A DNA stretch of 64,000 nt from Candidatus Zambryskibacteria bacterium CG10_big_fil_rev_8_21_14_0_10_42_12 (GTDB lineage: Bacteria > Patescibacteriota > Minisyncoccia > Phycocordibacterales > 1-14-0-10-42-12). Position 1 is the stretch's first letter, and the number at the start of each line of letters is the position of its first letter. The position numbers and the translations under genes were made by a program. Below are positions 39,616 to 48,868 of this stretch, piece after piece. The stretch lies in assembly GCA_002787695.1 (NCBI GenBank), contig PCXL01000013.1:31168-95167 (forward strand), read 5' to 3'. The notes beneath the pieces are model-generated. The model was not told the DNA's origin, did not search any database, and worked only from the letters and a program-made list of their open reading frames with translations.

Positions 39616-39696
39616 TAGCTTTTAGCTTAAAGCTTTTAGCTTTTAGCTTTGATTCGAATCAAAAGCATGAAGCGTAAAGCGAGAAGCCCGAAGCGG
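39616..39696. repeat. Two opposed heptamer tracts around a 16-bp palindrome between groES and groEL
   Basis: (TAGCTTT-like)x5, TTTGATTCGAATCAAA, (nAAGCnn)x5. Confidence 0.75.
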
Positions 39697-40032
39697 TTAT
39701 CTTATTATTGCTAAAATATTGTCTTCCTTGAGCATGTAGTAATCTTCGCCTTCGACTTTTATTTCATCATATGCATATTTTGAGAAAATAACGGTATCCC
39801 CCACGTTTACAGAAATAGGAATACGTACACCATCATCTATTCTTCCGTCACCAACTGCCAATACTTTTCCTTGTTCCGGTTTTTCTTTATCTAATGTATC
39901 AGGAATAATAATGCCACTTACCGTTTTACCACCCATCTCTTCAGGTGAAAATGGTTTTACAAGAACTCTGTCTCCGAGTGGAACAATGTTTATCTTCTTT
40001 ACAGAAGACGCTTTTTTTATGGTTTTCTTCAT
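39697..40032 (-). CDS. groES: Co-chaperonin GroES
   Basis: PLGDRVLV, SGIIIPD, EKPEQGKVLAVG; promoter TTGCAT-17-TATAAT at 40106-40078. Confidence 0.97.
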   Translation of the reverse strand: MKKTIKKASSVKKINIVPLGDRVLVKPFSPEEMGGKTVSGIIIPDTLDKEKPEQGKVLAVGDGRIDDGVRIPISVNVGDTVIFSKYAYDEIKVEGEDYYMLKEDNILAIIR

Positions 40033-40111
40033 ACAGTGAGTCTATCTTATTATCTCTTAATAATAAAATGCGAGGACATTATAATGAGCACAGATAAAGT
40101 ATGCAATAGTG

Positions 40112-40140
40112 AAGGGCGCGACATCGCTGTCGCGCCCTTT
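40112..40140. terminator. Hairpin downstream of the PEP-CTERM gene
   Basis: AAGGGCGCGACA-TCGC-TGTCGCGCCCTT. Confidence 0.6.
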
Positions 40141-40188
40141 GTTGCGCCAAAGACCCCTCTTTGACACCACCAGAAACCCCGTTCCGGC

Positions 40189-40827
40189 TTACCTCTTCGT
40201 GTAGCGCTTCCGGAGAAGCGCGAGACCGATCAGTGCCGTGCCCATGAGAAGGCTTGTAGTCGGCTCCGGCACTGCTTCGACGCTGATGATCTGATCATTG
40301 AAGTCGTAATCCGTCGGACTTCTCAGATCTTCGACGCCAACGGACCATCCATTTGTAGACCCTGCACTTCTCATTGCGAGGAATCGATCGATTGAACTCG
40401 ATGAGAACACGTCGCCTCCGCCCGTGTTGATGACAAACGCCCATCCCTCGAGGGGAGCAATCGTCTGTTTCATGATCGGACTGTCGGGACCGTCAAAGAT
40501 CGGATTGAATGTCGCGAGGTTACTGAGCGGTGCCCAGCCGAGCTGGTTAGAACCCGCGTAGCCCGCCACTTCGGTCAGCAGAGTAACGTTGTATGTCCCA
40601 GCGCTGAAGCTGAACATGCCTGGCACTCCGCCTGAGAGCAGGTACTCATCGACCTGCCCAGAGAGAATGTCGACTGCCGTCCCGGGTGGATTGCCATCCC
40701 AAGAGGGGCCGAGCGCTGGTGGCGTGTTCGACCAGGTCGAACCTCCAATCGCGCTGATCGTTGCCGCCGAGAGTGGCAAAGTGAAGAACATGAGGGTGGT
40801 CGCAAGGACCAAGTGTTGAAATTTCAA
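40189..40827 (-). CDS. PEP-CTERM sorting-domain protein with DUF4114-like segment
   Basis: Signal peptide; GVEDL..TDYDFND; VPEPTTSLLMGTALIGLALLRKR; GAGGAG SD; TTGACA-16-TAATGT. Confidence 0.85.
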   Translation of the reverse strand: MKFQHLVLATTLMFFTLPLSAATISAIGGSTWSNTPPALGPSWDGNPPGTAVDILSGQVDEYLLSGGVPGMFSFSAGTYNVTLLTEVAGYAGSNQLGWAPLSNLATFNPIFDGPDSPIMKQTIAPLEGWAFVINTGGGDVFSSSSIDRFLAMRSAGSTNGWSVGVEDLRSPTDYDFNDQIISVEAVPEPTTSLLMGTALIGLALLRKRYTKR

Positions 40828-40956
40828 CGGGGGATCTCCTCGGGCCCTGCTGTACGCATCGGCCCTACCAGTTATTTACATTACATAAAAATAATGAATT
40901 GTCAATGAAATTACACATATTGCCCCATTTTTCATTCCATGTATAATGGACCTCAC

Positions 40957-41181
40957 ATGGACGCAATTCTGCCATACATACAGATATTTCTATCCATTCT
41001 CCTTATCGTACTTATCCTGCTTCAAAGATCTGAAGCCGGTCTTGGAAGCGCTTTTGGAGGCGGAGATTCGATGAGTTCGATAAACTACACCCGACGAGGC
41101 TTTGAGCGAGTGCTCTTTTCTGCAACTATCGTTATCGCAATTCTGTTTGTATTGTCTGTATTTACTGCACTGGTACTCTAA
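40957..41181 (+). CDS. secG: Preprotein translocase subunit SecG
   Basis: ILLQRSEAGLGSAFGG...TRRGFE, two TMs. Confidence 0.9.
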   Translation: MDAILPYIQIFLSILLIVLILLQRSEAGLGSAFGGGDSMSSINYTRRGFERVLFSATIVIAILFVLSVFTALVL

Positions 41182-41234
41182 AACAATAAATTATTTGTAA
41201 CTAAAAGAGACATATTTGTGTCTCACATACTATT

Positions 41235-42959
41235 GTGGCATTGGAACATAACCTTCCGGAAAAGAAGACCGGGACATTAGGCAAGCTTCACGAAGCACTT
41301 CCGTATACATCACTCATGGAACGCATTTTGCTTTTCCTGTTTGCTGTAGCACTTATCGGCGCAACACTGTTAATGTTGTGGCGCATAAATGAAAACTTTT
41401 TAGTCACCGTACCCGCTGATGGCGGATCACTTGTCGAGGGTATTGTAGGTACCCCACGATTTGTTAATCCGGTCCTTGCACTCACTGATGCTGATAAAGA
41501 TCTTTCAATGCTTGTATATTCTGGACTCATGCGACCAAGTGTTGATGGATTAACGTTTGATTTAGCAGAAAATTACGACATATCTGAGGACGGACTTACG
41601 TATACATTTCATATAAAAGACAACATAACATTTCATAATGGAGATTCTGTGACCGCCGAAGATGTTGCTTATACCATCTCCATGATCCAAGACCCGCTCG
41701 TTAAAAGTCCACAGCGATCAAATTGGGAAGGTGTAAAGGTAAGCATTGTTGATCAGTACACAATCAGTTTTACATTAAAAGAATCTTACTCTTCGTTTCT
41801 TGAGAATACAACGTTAGGCATATTGCCCAAATCTGTATGGAAAGACTTGAGTCCTGAGCAATTTTCTCTATCTGAACAAAACGTAAACCCCATTGGTTCG
41901 GGGCCATACAAAATAGCTTCGATTGATAAAGATAAAGACGGATTTCCTAAAACGTACATACTAAAACCATTTACATCATATGCACTCGGTGCACCACATA
42001 TTTCTCGCATCACCACGCATTTCTTCGTAAATCAGACTGAACTTATTGAAGCATTGAAGCGCAAGGAAATAGACTCTGCGAGTGCCATCACCCCATCTCA
42101 TATCAAAGACCTTTCTGAAGGACAATTCCATTTTGAAACTGTTGTACTACCTCGTGTATTCGCAATATTTTTTAATCAAAATAAACAACCAGTCTTTGCA
42201 AACACAGAAGTCCGAGAGGCACTCAATACTGCTGTAAACAGAGACATCTTGATCGAAACGGTGCTTGGTGGATTTGGAGAAGCACTTGACGGACCATCAC
42301 CCGATGATGTACAAACATATGATACAGAGGAAGACCCCATTTTAATCGCTCAAACCATTCTCGAAGAAAACGATTGGGAAAAGGATGAAAGTGGTATCTA
42401 TAAAAACGGATCAGAAACTCTCGCATTTACAATCACTACTGCTGACGTGCCAGAATTAAAGGCGGCAGCAGAACATGTTCAAAGCGTCTGGAGACTCGTT
42501 GGTGCTGATGTGAAAGTCGAAGTATACGATACAACCGCTTTGAACCAAAATGTTATACGACCTCGCGAATTCGACGCACTCCTGTTTGGTGAAGTAGTCG
42601 GCAGAGATAGAGATTTGTATCCATTTTGGCACTCCTCTGGCAGAAATGATCCAGGACTCAATGTCGCCCTCTATACGAACGGTGCAGTTGACAAACTGCT
42701 CGAGAGTATGCGCAAAACAACTGATCCGGTCACATGGCAGACTGATTATGAGGCTGTAAGAGAAGAGATTAAATCCGACTTTCCCGCAGTATTCTTGTAT
42801 GCGCCCAAGCTTATATATATAACGCCTGATTTCGTAAACAATTTCTCATTTGCTGATATTGGAATCGCCTCAGAACGATTCAGTACAATTCATGAGTGGT
42901 ATATCGATACACAACGCGTTTGGAACATATTTGCACAAAAAACAATTAAAAATTATTAG
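41235..42959 (+). CDS. Peptide ABC transporter substrate-binding protein (family 5)
   Basis: LVYSGL, DGLTYTF, FHNG..VTAEDV, PIGSGPY, VREALN.AVNR. Confidence 0.88.
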   Translation: MALEHNLPEKKTGTLGKLHEALPYTSLMERILLFLFAVALIGATLLMLWRINENFLVTVPADGGSLVEGIVGTPRFVNPVLALTDADKDLSMLVYSGLMRPSVDGLTFDLAENYDISEDGLTYTFHIKDNITFHNGDSVTAEDVAYTISMIQDPLVKSPQRSNWEGVKVSIVDQYTISFTLKESYSSFLENTTLGILPKSVWKDLSPEQFSLSEQNVNPIGSGPYKIASIDKDKDGFPKTYILKPFTSYALGAPHISRITTHFFVNQTELIEALKRKEIDSASAITPSHIKDLSEGQFHFETVVLPRVFAIFFNQNKQPVFANTEVREALNTAVNRDILIETVLGGFGEALDGPSPDDVQTYDTEEDPILIAQTILEENDWEKDESGIYKNGSETLAFTITTADVPELKAAAEHVQSVWRLVGADVKVEVYDTTALNQNVIRPREFDALLFGEVVGRDRDLYPFWHSSGRNDPGLNVALYTNGAVDKLLESMRKTTDPVTWQTDYEAVREEIKSDFPAVFLYAPKLIYITPDFVNNFSFADIGIASERFSTIHEWYIDTQRVWNIFAQKTIKNY

Positions 42960-42986
42960 TTTCAGTTTATTTACAATTAACATTTC

Positions 42987-44951
42987 ATGACAATACGAAC
43001 ATACAGAAGGGATACACCTTCTCACCCTAAAGAATCATCTTCAGACGGAAGACCGCGCGTGCGTACGGTGCGCCTTTCTCCACAGGGAAAAAATCCAGTT
43101 AAAGGTCGTCCACTTCGAGACCAGAAAGAACGCGAACAAAGACCGGCACGACCACACGGGCATCACAAACCAACCAGGCCTGCCGGAAAATCAAGGATGA
43201 ATCGCAATTTTCCGAGAGTTAAACATGCTGGCTCGCGAAGAGAGACTCATGCAGAGGTCACCATTCCTCCTGTAGGAGACAACATTCGCATCATGCCACT
43301 TGGCGGTGTAGAGGAGATCGGTCGCAACATGACCGCTATCGAGATTGGAAACGATATTTTCGTTATTGACGCCGGATTTCAATTTAGAGATGAAGATACG
43401 CCTGGCATTGACTACATTCTTCCAAATATTAAATATCTTGAAGACAACAAAGACAGGGTTCGTGCAGTAATTATCACTCATGGTCACCTTGATCACATCG
43501 GTGGTATTCCCTACATCATGAATCGCATTGGCAATCCTCCACTCTACTCTCGAGCGCTCACCACGGTGATGATAAAAAAACGTCAAGAGGAATTTCCTCA
43601 TTTGCCACCTATTGATATCAAAGTGGTTGAGAAAAACGACAGAATAACTATAGGAAATCTCAAGGTGCGCTTCTATGCAGTTTCGCACACTATCCCGGAT
43701 TCAATGGGAATCATTATCGAATCACCATACGGATGGATTACCACACCGGGTGACGTGAAGCTCGATCATATTGATGGTGAACCTACTGACGCAGAAAAAG
43801 GTGAATACGCAGTATTTAAGGATCAAAATGTACTGTTTCTCATGATGGACTCAACAAACGTTGATCATCCTGGTTGGTCTACACCAGAAAGAAAAGTAAC
43901 TGAAGGCATGGATCACGTGATTAAAAACACAAAAGGCCGTCTCATCATCGGTACTTTTGCGTCACAGATCGAACGCATGCTCAATATTATCGAGATTTGC
44001 GAAAAATATGGAAAGAAAGTCGTCGTTGAAGGACGTAGTATGAAGCAGAATATCGAAATTGTTCGTGCAACCGGAAGACTCAAAACCAAGGAAGGCACTC
44101 TCATCTCTGTTGAACAAATGCAAGATTATCCACCAGATAGGATCGTGGCTCTCGTAACAGGAGCACAAGGAGACGAGTTTGCCGCCCTCATGCGCATGTC
44201 TATGAAGACTCACAAATACTTCACTGTTTCAAAGCGCGATACGATTTTGCTTTCTTCGTCTATCATTCCAGGCAACGAAACCTCTGTACAGAGACTCAAA
44301 GACAATCTTGCGCGACAAGGTGCAAAAATTATTCACTACAGATCAAGTGATGTATATATTCACTCAACTGGACATGGTAATCGTGGTGAACTTGAATGGA
44401 TTCACAAACAGATCAAACCAAAATTCTTTATGCCAATTCACGGCAGTCACTACATGCTACGGGTACATGAGGATCTCGCACAATCAGTTGGTATGCCAGC
44501 TGACCACATTGTTGTTCCAGACAATGGCTCAATCGTTGAAATACAAGAGAAAGGTGCAAAAATGGTGGTATTACCTCAGAAAACTCCAGGAGGACCACTT
44601 ATCGTTGACGGATTCTCCGTTGGTAGCATCCAAGATGTTGTGATTCGAGATCGCAAGATGCTCGCCGCTGACGGCATGTTTATCATCGTTGCAAGCCTCA
44701 ATATGAAAACGGGTAAATTAAAGAAAAGTCCTGACCTCATCTCTCGTGGTTTCGTGTATCTTAGAGAGTCACAGGAACTCTTAAACAATGCACGCGGTGT
44801 AATCAAACAAACAATTGAGACCAGTACAAAGGGCATGAATCCGATCAATTTTGATTTCATCAAAGGACAAGTAACGGATGCCGTGAGCGCATATCTCTTC
44901 CAAAAAACAGCAAAGAGACCTGTTGTTATTCCAGTTATTCTTGGAGTGTAG
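42987..44951 (+). CDS. rnj: Ribonuclease J with basic N-terminal extension
   Basis: PLGGVEEIGRNM, THGHLDHIGG, HTIPDS, HSTGHG, PIHG. Confidence 0.95.
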   Translation: MTIRTYRRDTPSHPKESSSDGRPRVRTVRLSPQGKNPVKGRPLRDQKEREQRPARPHGHHKPTRPAGKSRMNRNFPRVKHAGSRRETHAEVTIPPVGDNIRIMPLGGVEEIGRNMTAIEIGNDIFVIDAGFQFRDEDTPGIDYILPNIKYLEDNKDRVRAVIITHGHLDHIGGIPYIMNRIGNPPLYSRALTTVMIKKRQEEFPHLPPIDIKVVEKNDRITIGNLKVRFYAVSHTIPDSMGIIIESPYGWITTPGDVKLDHIDGEPTDAEKGEYAVFKDQNVLFLMMDSTNVDHPGWSTPERKVTEGMDHVIKNTKGRLIIGTFASQIERMLNIIEICEKYGKKVVVEGRSMKQNIEIVRATGRLKTKEGTLISVEQMQDYPPDRIVALVTGAQGDEFAALMRMSMKTHKYFTVSKRDTILLSSSIIPGNETSVQRLKDNLARQGAKIIHYRSSDVYIHSTGHGNRGELEWIHKQIKPKFFMPIHGSHYMLRVHEDLAQSVGMPADHIVVPDNGSIVEIQEKGAKMVVLPQKTPGGPLIVDGFSVGSIQDVVIRDRKMLAADGMFIIVASLNMKTGKLKKSPDLISRGFVYLRESQELLNNARGVIKQTIETSTKGMNPINFDFIKGQVTDAVSAYLFQKTAKRPVVIPVILGV

Positions 44952-45061
44952 AGGAAGTCAAGAGTCATAAGTCCTCAGTCAAACGCAATACAAAAAAGAA
45001 TGACCCGCCACCGGCGGGTTTTTCTATTGGAAGGGGCACGGCGGGCCCGAAGGCCCGCCCC

Positions 45062-45472
45062 TTACGCAACTTTTTGTCTACAATTCTGCAGACTGTCGCT
45101 CTCGATGCGTTTGATGAGAGCCTGACCTAGCTTCTCTGGATCACTCGATACAAGCAACACCTCATGATCGATTGGTGCACCCTTTGCAGGGCGCCACCCA
45201 ACCATTGCGCGACCCTTTCGAATGAGGTATACACGCGTTACGTTCCCATACTTCACCAAAATACATGAAGCTTGTGGAAGGTGTCGCAGTGCATAGACCA
45301 AAAGGCCACGATCACGGGCATAGGTAGCACAATCATCAAGAACAGCTTCGCGTGCTACACGCCGCGTCATACGGCGTTTTGGCAATCGCATCTCGTATAT
45401 GATTTCTCTTTTCCCCACAAGCGGCAACGCCATGAAGACAAGACAAATCGCGAGAAGAATCCACAACGTCAT
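45062..45472 (-). CDS. Hypothetical protein with N-terminal TM (ORFan)
   Basis: CGGAG SD; TTGCCA-17-TATTCT promoter (45552-45524); GC hairpin at about 45030-45062. Confidence 0.6.
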   Translation of the reverse strand: MTLWILLAICLVFMALPLVGKREIIYEMRLPKRRMTRRVAREAVLDDCATYARDRGLLVYALRHLPQASCILVKYGNVTRVYLIRKGRAMVGWRPAKGAPIDHEVLLVSSDPEKLGQALIKRIESDSLQNCRQKVA

Positions 45473-45587
45473 AAAATGACTCCGAAAGAACGGTGTCCCA
45501 AATGGGACTTTGCTCCGCAAGAGAGAATAACCTATCGCGATTAATATGGCAAATGTGAATATGTTTTGAGGAGGACCGTAGTCCTCC

Positions 45588-45746
45588 TCACTTCTTCACC
45601 TCCTGTAGATTACGACGAGCCTTTTGTTCGTCTCGCCAGAGACGGAATCCTAAATAGGCACCCACGAGCAGTTCTGCACCGCACATAAACCAGGCAAAGC
45701 CCCATCCGGGTTCCCAGTTCGCCAACAAATCAAAAAAGGGGTTCAT
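45588..45746 (-). CDS. 52-aa single-TM small protein not in the ORF track
   Basis: MNPFFDLLANWEPGWGFAWFMCGAELLVGAYLGFRLWRDEQKARRNLQEVKK; GGGAG SD; hairpin 45567-45590. Confidence 0.6.
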   Translation of the reverse strand: MNPFFDLLANWEPGWGFAWFMCGAELLVGAYLGFRLWRDEQKARRNLQEVKK

Positions 45747-45848
45747 CCTGTAGTACTCCCGTGTAATTTTTTACCATACTTCATATTTTTTGTAAAGCCA
45801 TTCTTTATATACAGTGCACATCTCTCATATATCCGTACAATTAAAGAC

Positions 45849-47030
45849 ATGTTTTCTTTTTTCAGACGTTACAGCACTTCACAAGTTGTGTCAGTATATG
45901 CAGCAAATGTAGTACTTGCGCTCCATTTTGCCCTCATATTGTTTGCAAACTCAACATTTTTAGAAGAATCCTTTAGTAACACTGCTATTAGTTTATTGTA
46001 CGCAGGCGGATCTATTCTTTCCGTATTTATCTTCTTACTTATCCCTCACATTATTGAAAGATTTACCATATTTACCACAGCACTTTTTTTTATATTATGT
46101 GAATTTATAAGTATCGGAGGCATGGCTGTCGCGGGCAATCCAGTAATACTGGCTACATTATTTGTGTTACATACAGCTCTCATTTCCATCTTGTTTTATA
46201 TCTGTGACGTATATCTAGAAAAAAGTACAAAAGAAGAAGTCGTGACAGGGAGTACGCGCGGCACATATCTGACACTTACCAATATTGCGTTCATGATTGC
46301 ACCACTTTTAACCGGCATCATTGTCAGCGTATATGGCTATCGATATGTATATGCGTGTTCGGCACTTTTACTTTTCCCGCTCCTCTATATGTTTATCAAA
46401 TGGCTCCGTCCGATTCGCTCAGAATCTGAAGTGTTAGTACCAACCAATATTCCAAAAGATACCACCATATCCATCCGTAATAAGAAAATATTTTACCCTC
46501 TCTTTGCTCAAATCGTTCTCCAATTTTTCTTCGCCTTTATGGTGATTTACCTTCCGATTTACCTTATTACAGAAATAGGTTTTACTTGGAAAATATTGGG
46601 GCCAATTTTTACTATCATGCTACTTCCTTATGTATTATTTGAATTACCTGTGGGATATTTGGCAGATAGTAGATATGGGGAGAAAGAGTTCATGATCGGT
46701 GGCTTCTTACTTATTGCAGCAACCATGGTTGCAATCACGCTACCTGAAACACCACATGCCATACTGTGGTCAGTACTACTTTTTCTTTCTCGTGTGGGGG
46801 CTAGCTTTGCTGAGATCACGACGGAAACAAATTTCTTTAGACAAGTTGATGGCAGTGATGAAGGAATCATATCCCTATTTAGACTCTCTCGGCCACTCGC
46901 CTATGTTCTCGCCGCTATCGTAGGAACAATTTCCTTAGCTTACCTACCTTTCACCGCGCTATTTTTAGTACTCGCAGGCATTATTCTGGTAGGTGTTATT
47001 GTTTTACTCCCCATGAAAGATAGCCGGTGA
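45849..47030 (+). CDS. MFS transporter
   Basis: About 12 TMs; GYLADSRYGEK motif A-like. Confidence 0.85.
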   Translation: MFSFFRRYSTSQVVSVYAANVVLALHFALILFANSTFLEESFSNTAISLLYAGGSILSVFIFLLIPHIIERFTIFTTALFFILCEFISIGGMAVAGNPVILATLFVLHTALISILFYICDVYLEKSTKEEVVTGSTRGTYLTLTNIAFMIAPLLTGIIVSVYGYRYVYACSALLLFPLLYMFIKWLRPIRSESEVLVPTNIPKDTTISIRNKKIFYPLFAQIVLQFFFAFMVIYLPIYLITEIGFTWKILGPIFTIMLLPYVLFELPVGYLADSRYGEKEFMIGGFLLIAATMVAITLPETPHAILWSVLLFLSRVGASFAEITTETNFFRQVDGSDEGIISLFRLSRPLAYVLAAIVGTISLAYLPFTALFLVLAGIILVGVIVLLPMKDSR

Positions 47031-47033
47031 TAC

Positions 47034-47128
47034 AAGTAGATAGTACTTGGTAACTAGTAGGTAGAAATAATACCAAACGTGGCGCACCGAAGGTGCACCA
47101 CGTTCTAATTACCAAGTACTAAGTACTA
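47034..47128. repeat. Inverted heptamer tracts bracketing a terminator hairpin
   Basis: TAGTACTTGGTAACTAG ... AACGTGG-CGCACC-GAA-GGTGCA-CCACGTT ... CTAATTACCAAGTACTAAGTACTA; the same tract occurs at 6549-6572. Confidence 0.7.
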
Positions 47129-47542
47129 TTTACTAGTTTTCTTCACCACATCCTTTGCTGCTTTTGCGGTTTTCTTTGCAGCTGCCGGTGTACTTTTTGC
47201 GGTTTTCAGACTTGCGTCCAATTCCCTCTTAATATTTTTCCAGTGCCCTTGCAAATCTTTCGCAAGCATTTGAAGTTCTGTTGTATCAACTTCTTTCATA
47301 TTCTCATACTTCTTCATAACTTCCGTAACAACCGTTTGGTATTTTTCTTCGCTCACATCTTTCATTTTTTCAAGACGCGCAAGCACATCACCCTTTGCTT
47401 TAAGCATCCAACCCTTAACTTTCTTTCTGTTTTTAGCACCATCTTTACCGTAGAGAAAATATGCACCCGCAAGCGCTGCAAGCCCTACACCAACACCAAT
47501 CGCTGTTCCCAATCCCGCATCACTTCTCTTTTTACTTGCCAT
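47126..47542 (-). CDS. Hypothetical membrane-anchored helical protein (YtxH-like)
   Basis: Gly/Ala TM followed by a Lys-rich amphipathic region. Confidence 0.7.
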   Translation of the reverse strand: MASKKRSDAGLGTAIGVGVGLAALAGAYFLYGKDGAKNRKKVKGWMLKAKGDVLARLEKMKDVSEEKYQTVVTEVMKKYENMKEVDTTELQMLAKDLQGHWKNIKRELDASLKTAKSTPAAAKKTAKAAKDVVKKTSK

Positions 47543-47573
47543 AACGTTTTTTCTAAATTATTAACCTTTAATA

Positions 47574-47846
47574 TTATTTTTTCTTCCGCCCAAAAAAACC
47601 TTTAATTATACGAGCAATATTAAAACCCCTGATAGTTTTGAGGCTACCTTCTTTTGTAGCGTCACGAAAATCATCAATATCTTCTTTGATCAGTTCTGCT
47701 TCATCGCGCACCACATGCGTAATCTTGCGCACATCTCGAATAACTCGAACAACATACACAAGAGCTGTTAATAGGAGTGCTCCAACAAGCACCACCACCA
47801 CAGAGGTGATCATAAAAAATAAATCTGATTTTGCTACTGCTTCCAT
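47574..47846 (-). CDS. Small membrane protein (DUF948-like)
   Basis: Single TM plus coiled coil; TATAAT 6 nt upstream. Confidence 0.65.
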   Translation of the reverse strand: MEAVAKSDLFFMITSVVVVLVGALLLTALVYVVRVIRDVRKITHVVRDEAELIKEDIDDFRDATKEGSLKTIRGFNIARIIKGFFGRKKK

Positions 47847-47858
47847 ATACCTATTATA

Positions 47859-48815
47859 TCATCCAATAACTGGCACGCGAATAATCGTAAATAAGAAATA
47901 TACGGCATACAGCATAACGAGTGCCACTCCTTGTCCACGCGTAATGGCAAACTTGCCTCTTTTTTGGATCAGTATAAAAACAATAAACACTCCAGCAAAA
48001 GCGATGAGTAGATCAAGATACAAATCAGGGGCAAACGGAATATTTCCAAACAAACCGGCAATTCCAAATATACCAAGAAAATCAAAGACATTTGAACCGA
48101 CAATGTTTCCAATAGCAATGTCACTTCGTTTCTTGAGTGCAGCGGTAACAGACACGGTCAACTCAGTAATAGATGTTCCGACACCGATGATCAGGAGACC
48201 GATCACCGAGCTCCCAATTCCTAACAGGTCTGCACCCCTTAGTGCACCGGAAACTACCCATCTGCCTCCAAATATTACTCCCAACATACCAAGCACAATA
48301 GTCAGCAGTGTGTATCCGACTGCCAGATTTTTATCACGATCTTTAACTCGTGTAACACCATGTGATCCAAAAATTTCCCACAGAACCCAGACAAGAAAAA
48401 GTAAGAACAAAATAAATGATTCCAAACGATCAATACCAATAAAGGATTCTTTAAAGCCAAAAAGAAACATGATCCCCACAAGAAGAATAACCGCCAAATT
48501 AATGAGGAGATTCTTTGAAACTAATTTCTTCTCAATTGCAGGTGGCGCAATAATAGAAACGAGTCCTAGAATAAATAATGCATTAAAGATATTACTACCA
48601 ATGATCGTACTGACCCCTACCGGATCGTGCTCTAAGACAGCAGCAATATTGATGGCAAACTCAGGCATAGACGTACCTATACCTACAATTACTACGCCAA
48701 TAAACCATGCAGGAACACGTAGAAAACGTGCGATATCAGATGCGCCTTCTACTAGTATTTGTGCTCCTTTAACAAGAATATAGAAACCAACGATAAATAA
48801 TATGAGTGTCCACAT
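47859..48815 (-). CDS. Calcium/sodium antiporter (CaCA, YrbG-like)
   Basis: GTSMPE...GSNIFN and GTSITE...GSNVFD alpha repeats. Confidence 0.92.
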   Translation of the reverse strand: MWTLILFIVGFYILVKGAQILVEGASDIARFLRVPAWFIGVVIVGIGTSMPEFAINIAAVLEHDPVGVSTIIGSNIFNALFILGLVSIIAPPAIEKKLVSKNLLINLAVILLVGIMFLFGFKESFIGIDRLESFILFLLFLVWVLWEIFGSHGVTRVKDRDKNLAVGYTLLTIVLGMLGVIFGGRWVVSGALRGADLLGIGSSVIGLLIIGVGTSITELTVSVTAALKKRSDIAIGNIVGSNVFDFLGIFGIAGLFGNIPFAPDLYLDLLIAFAGVFIVFILIQKRGKFAITRGQGVALVMLYAVYFLFTIIRVPVIG

Positions 48816-48868
48816 GGAAACTCTATTATATCAACAGTTTTATCGTAGCTACCCGAGCAATTCACAGT

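Noticed and set aside
47638-48783. 381-aa + strand ORF and other long antisense ORFs (11062, 38780, 22556)
   Set aside because: Shadows of well-supported genes on the opposite strand; no motifs
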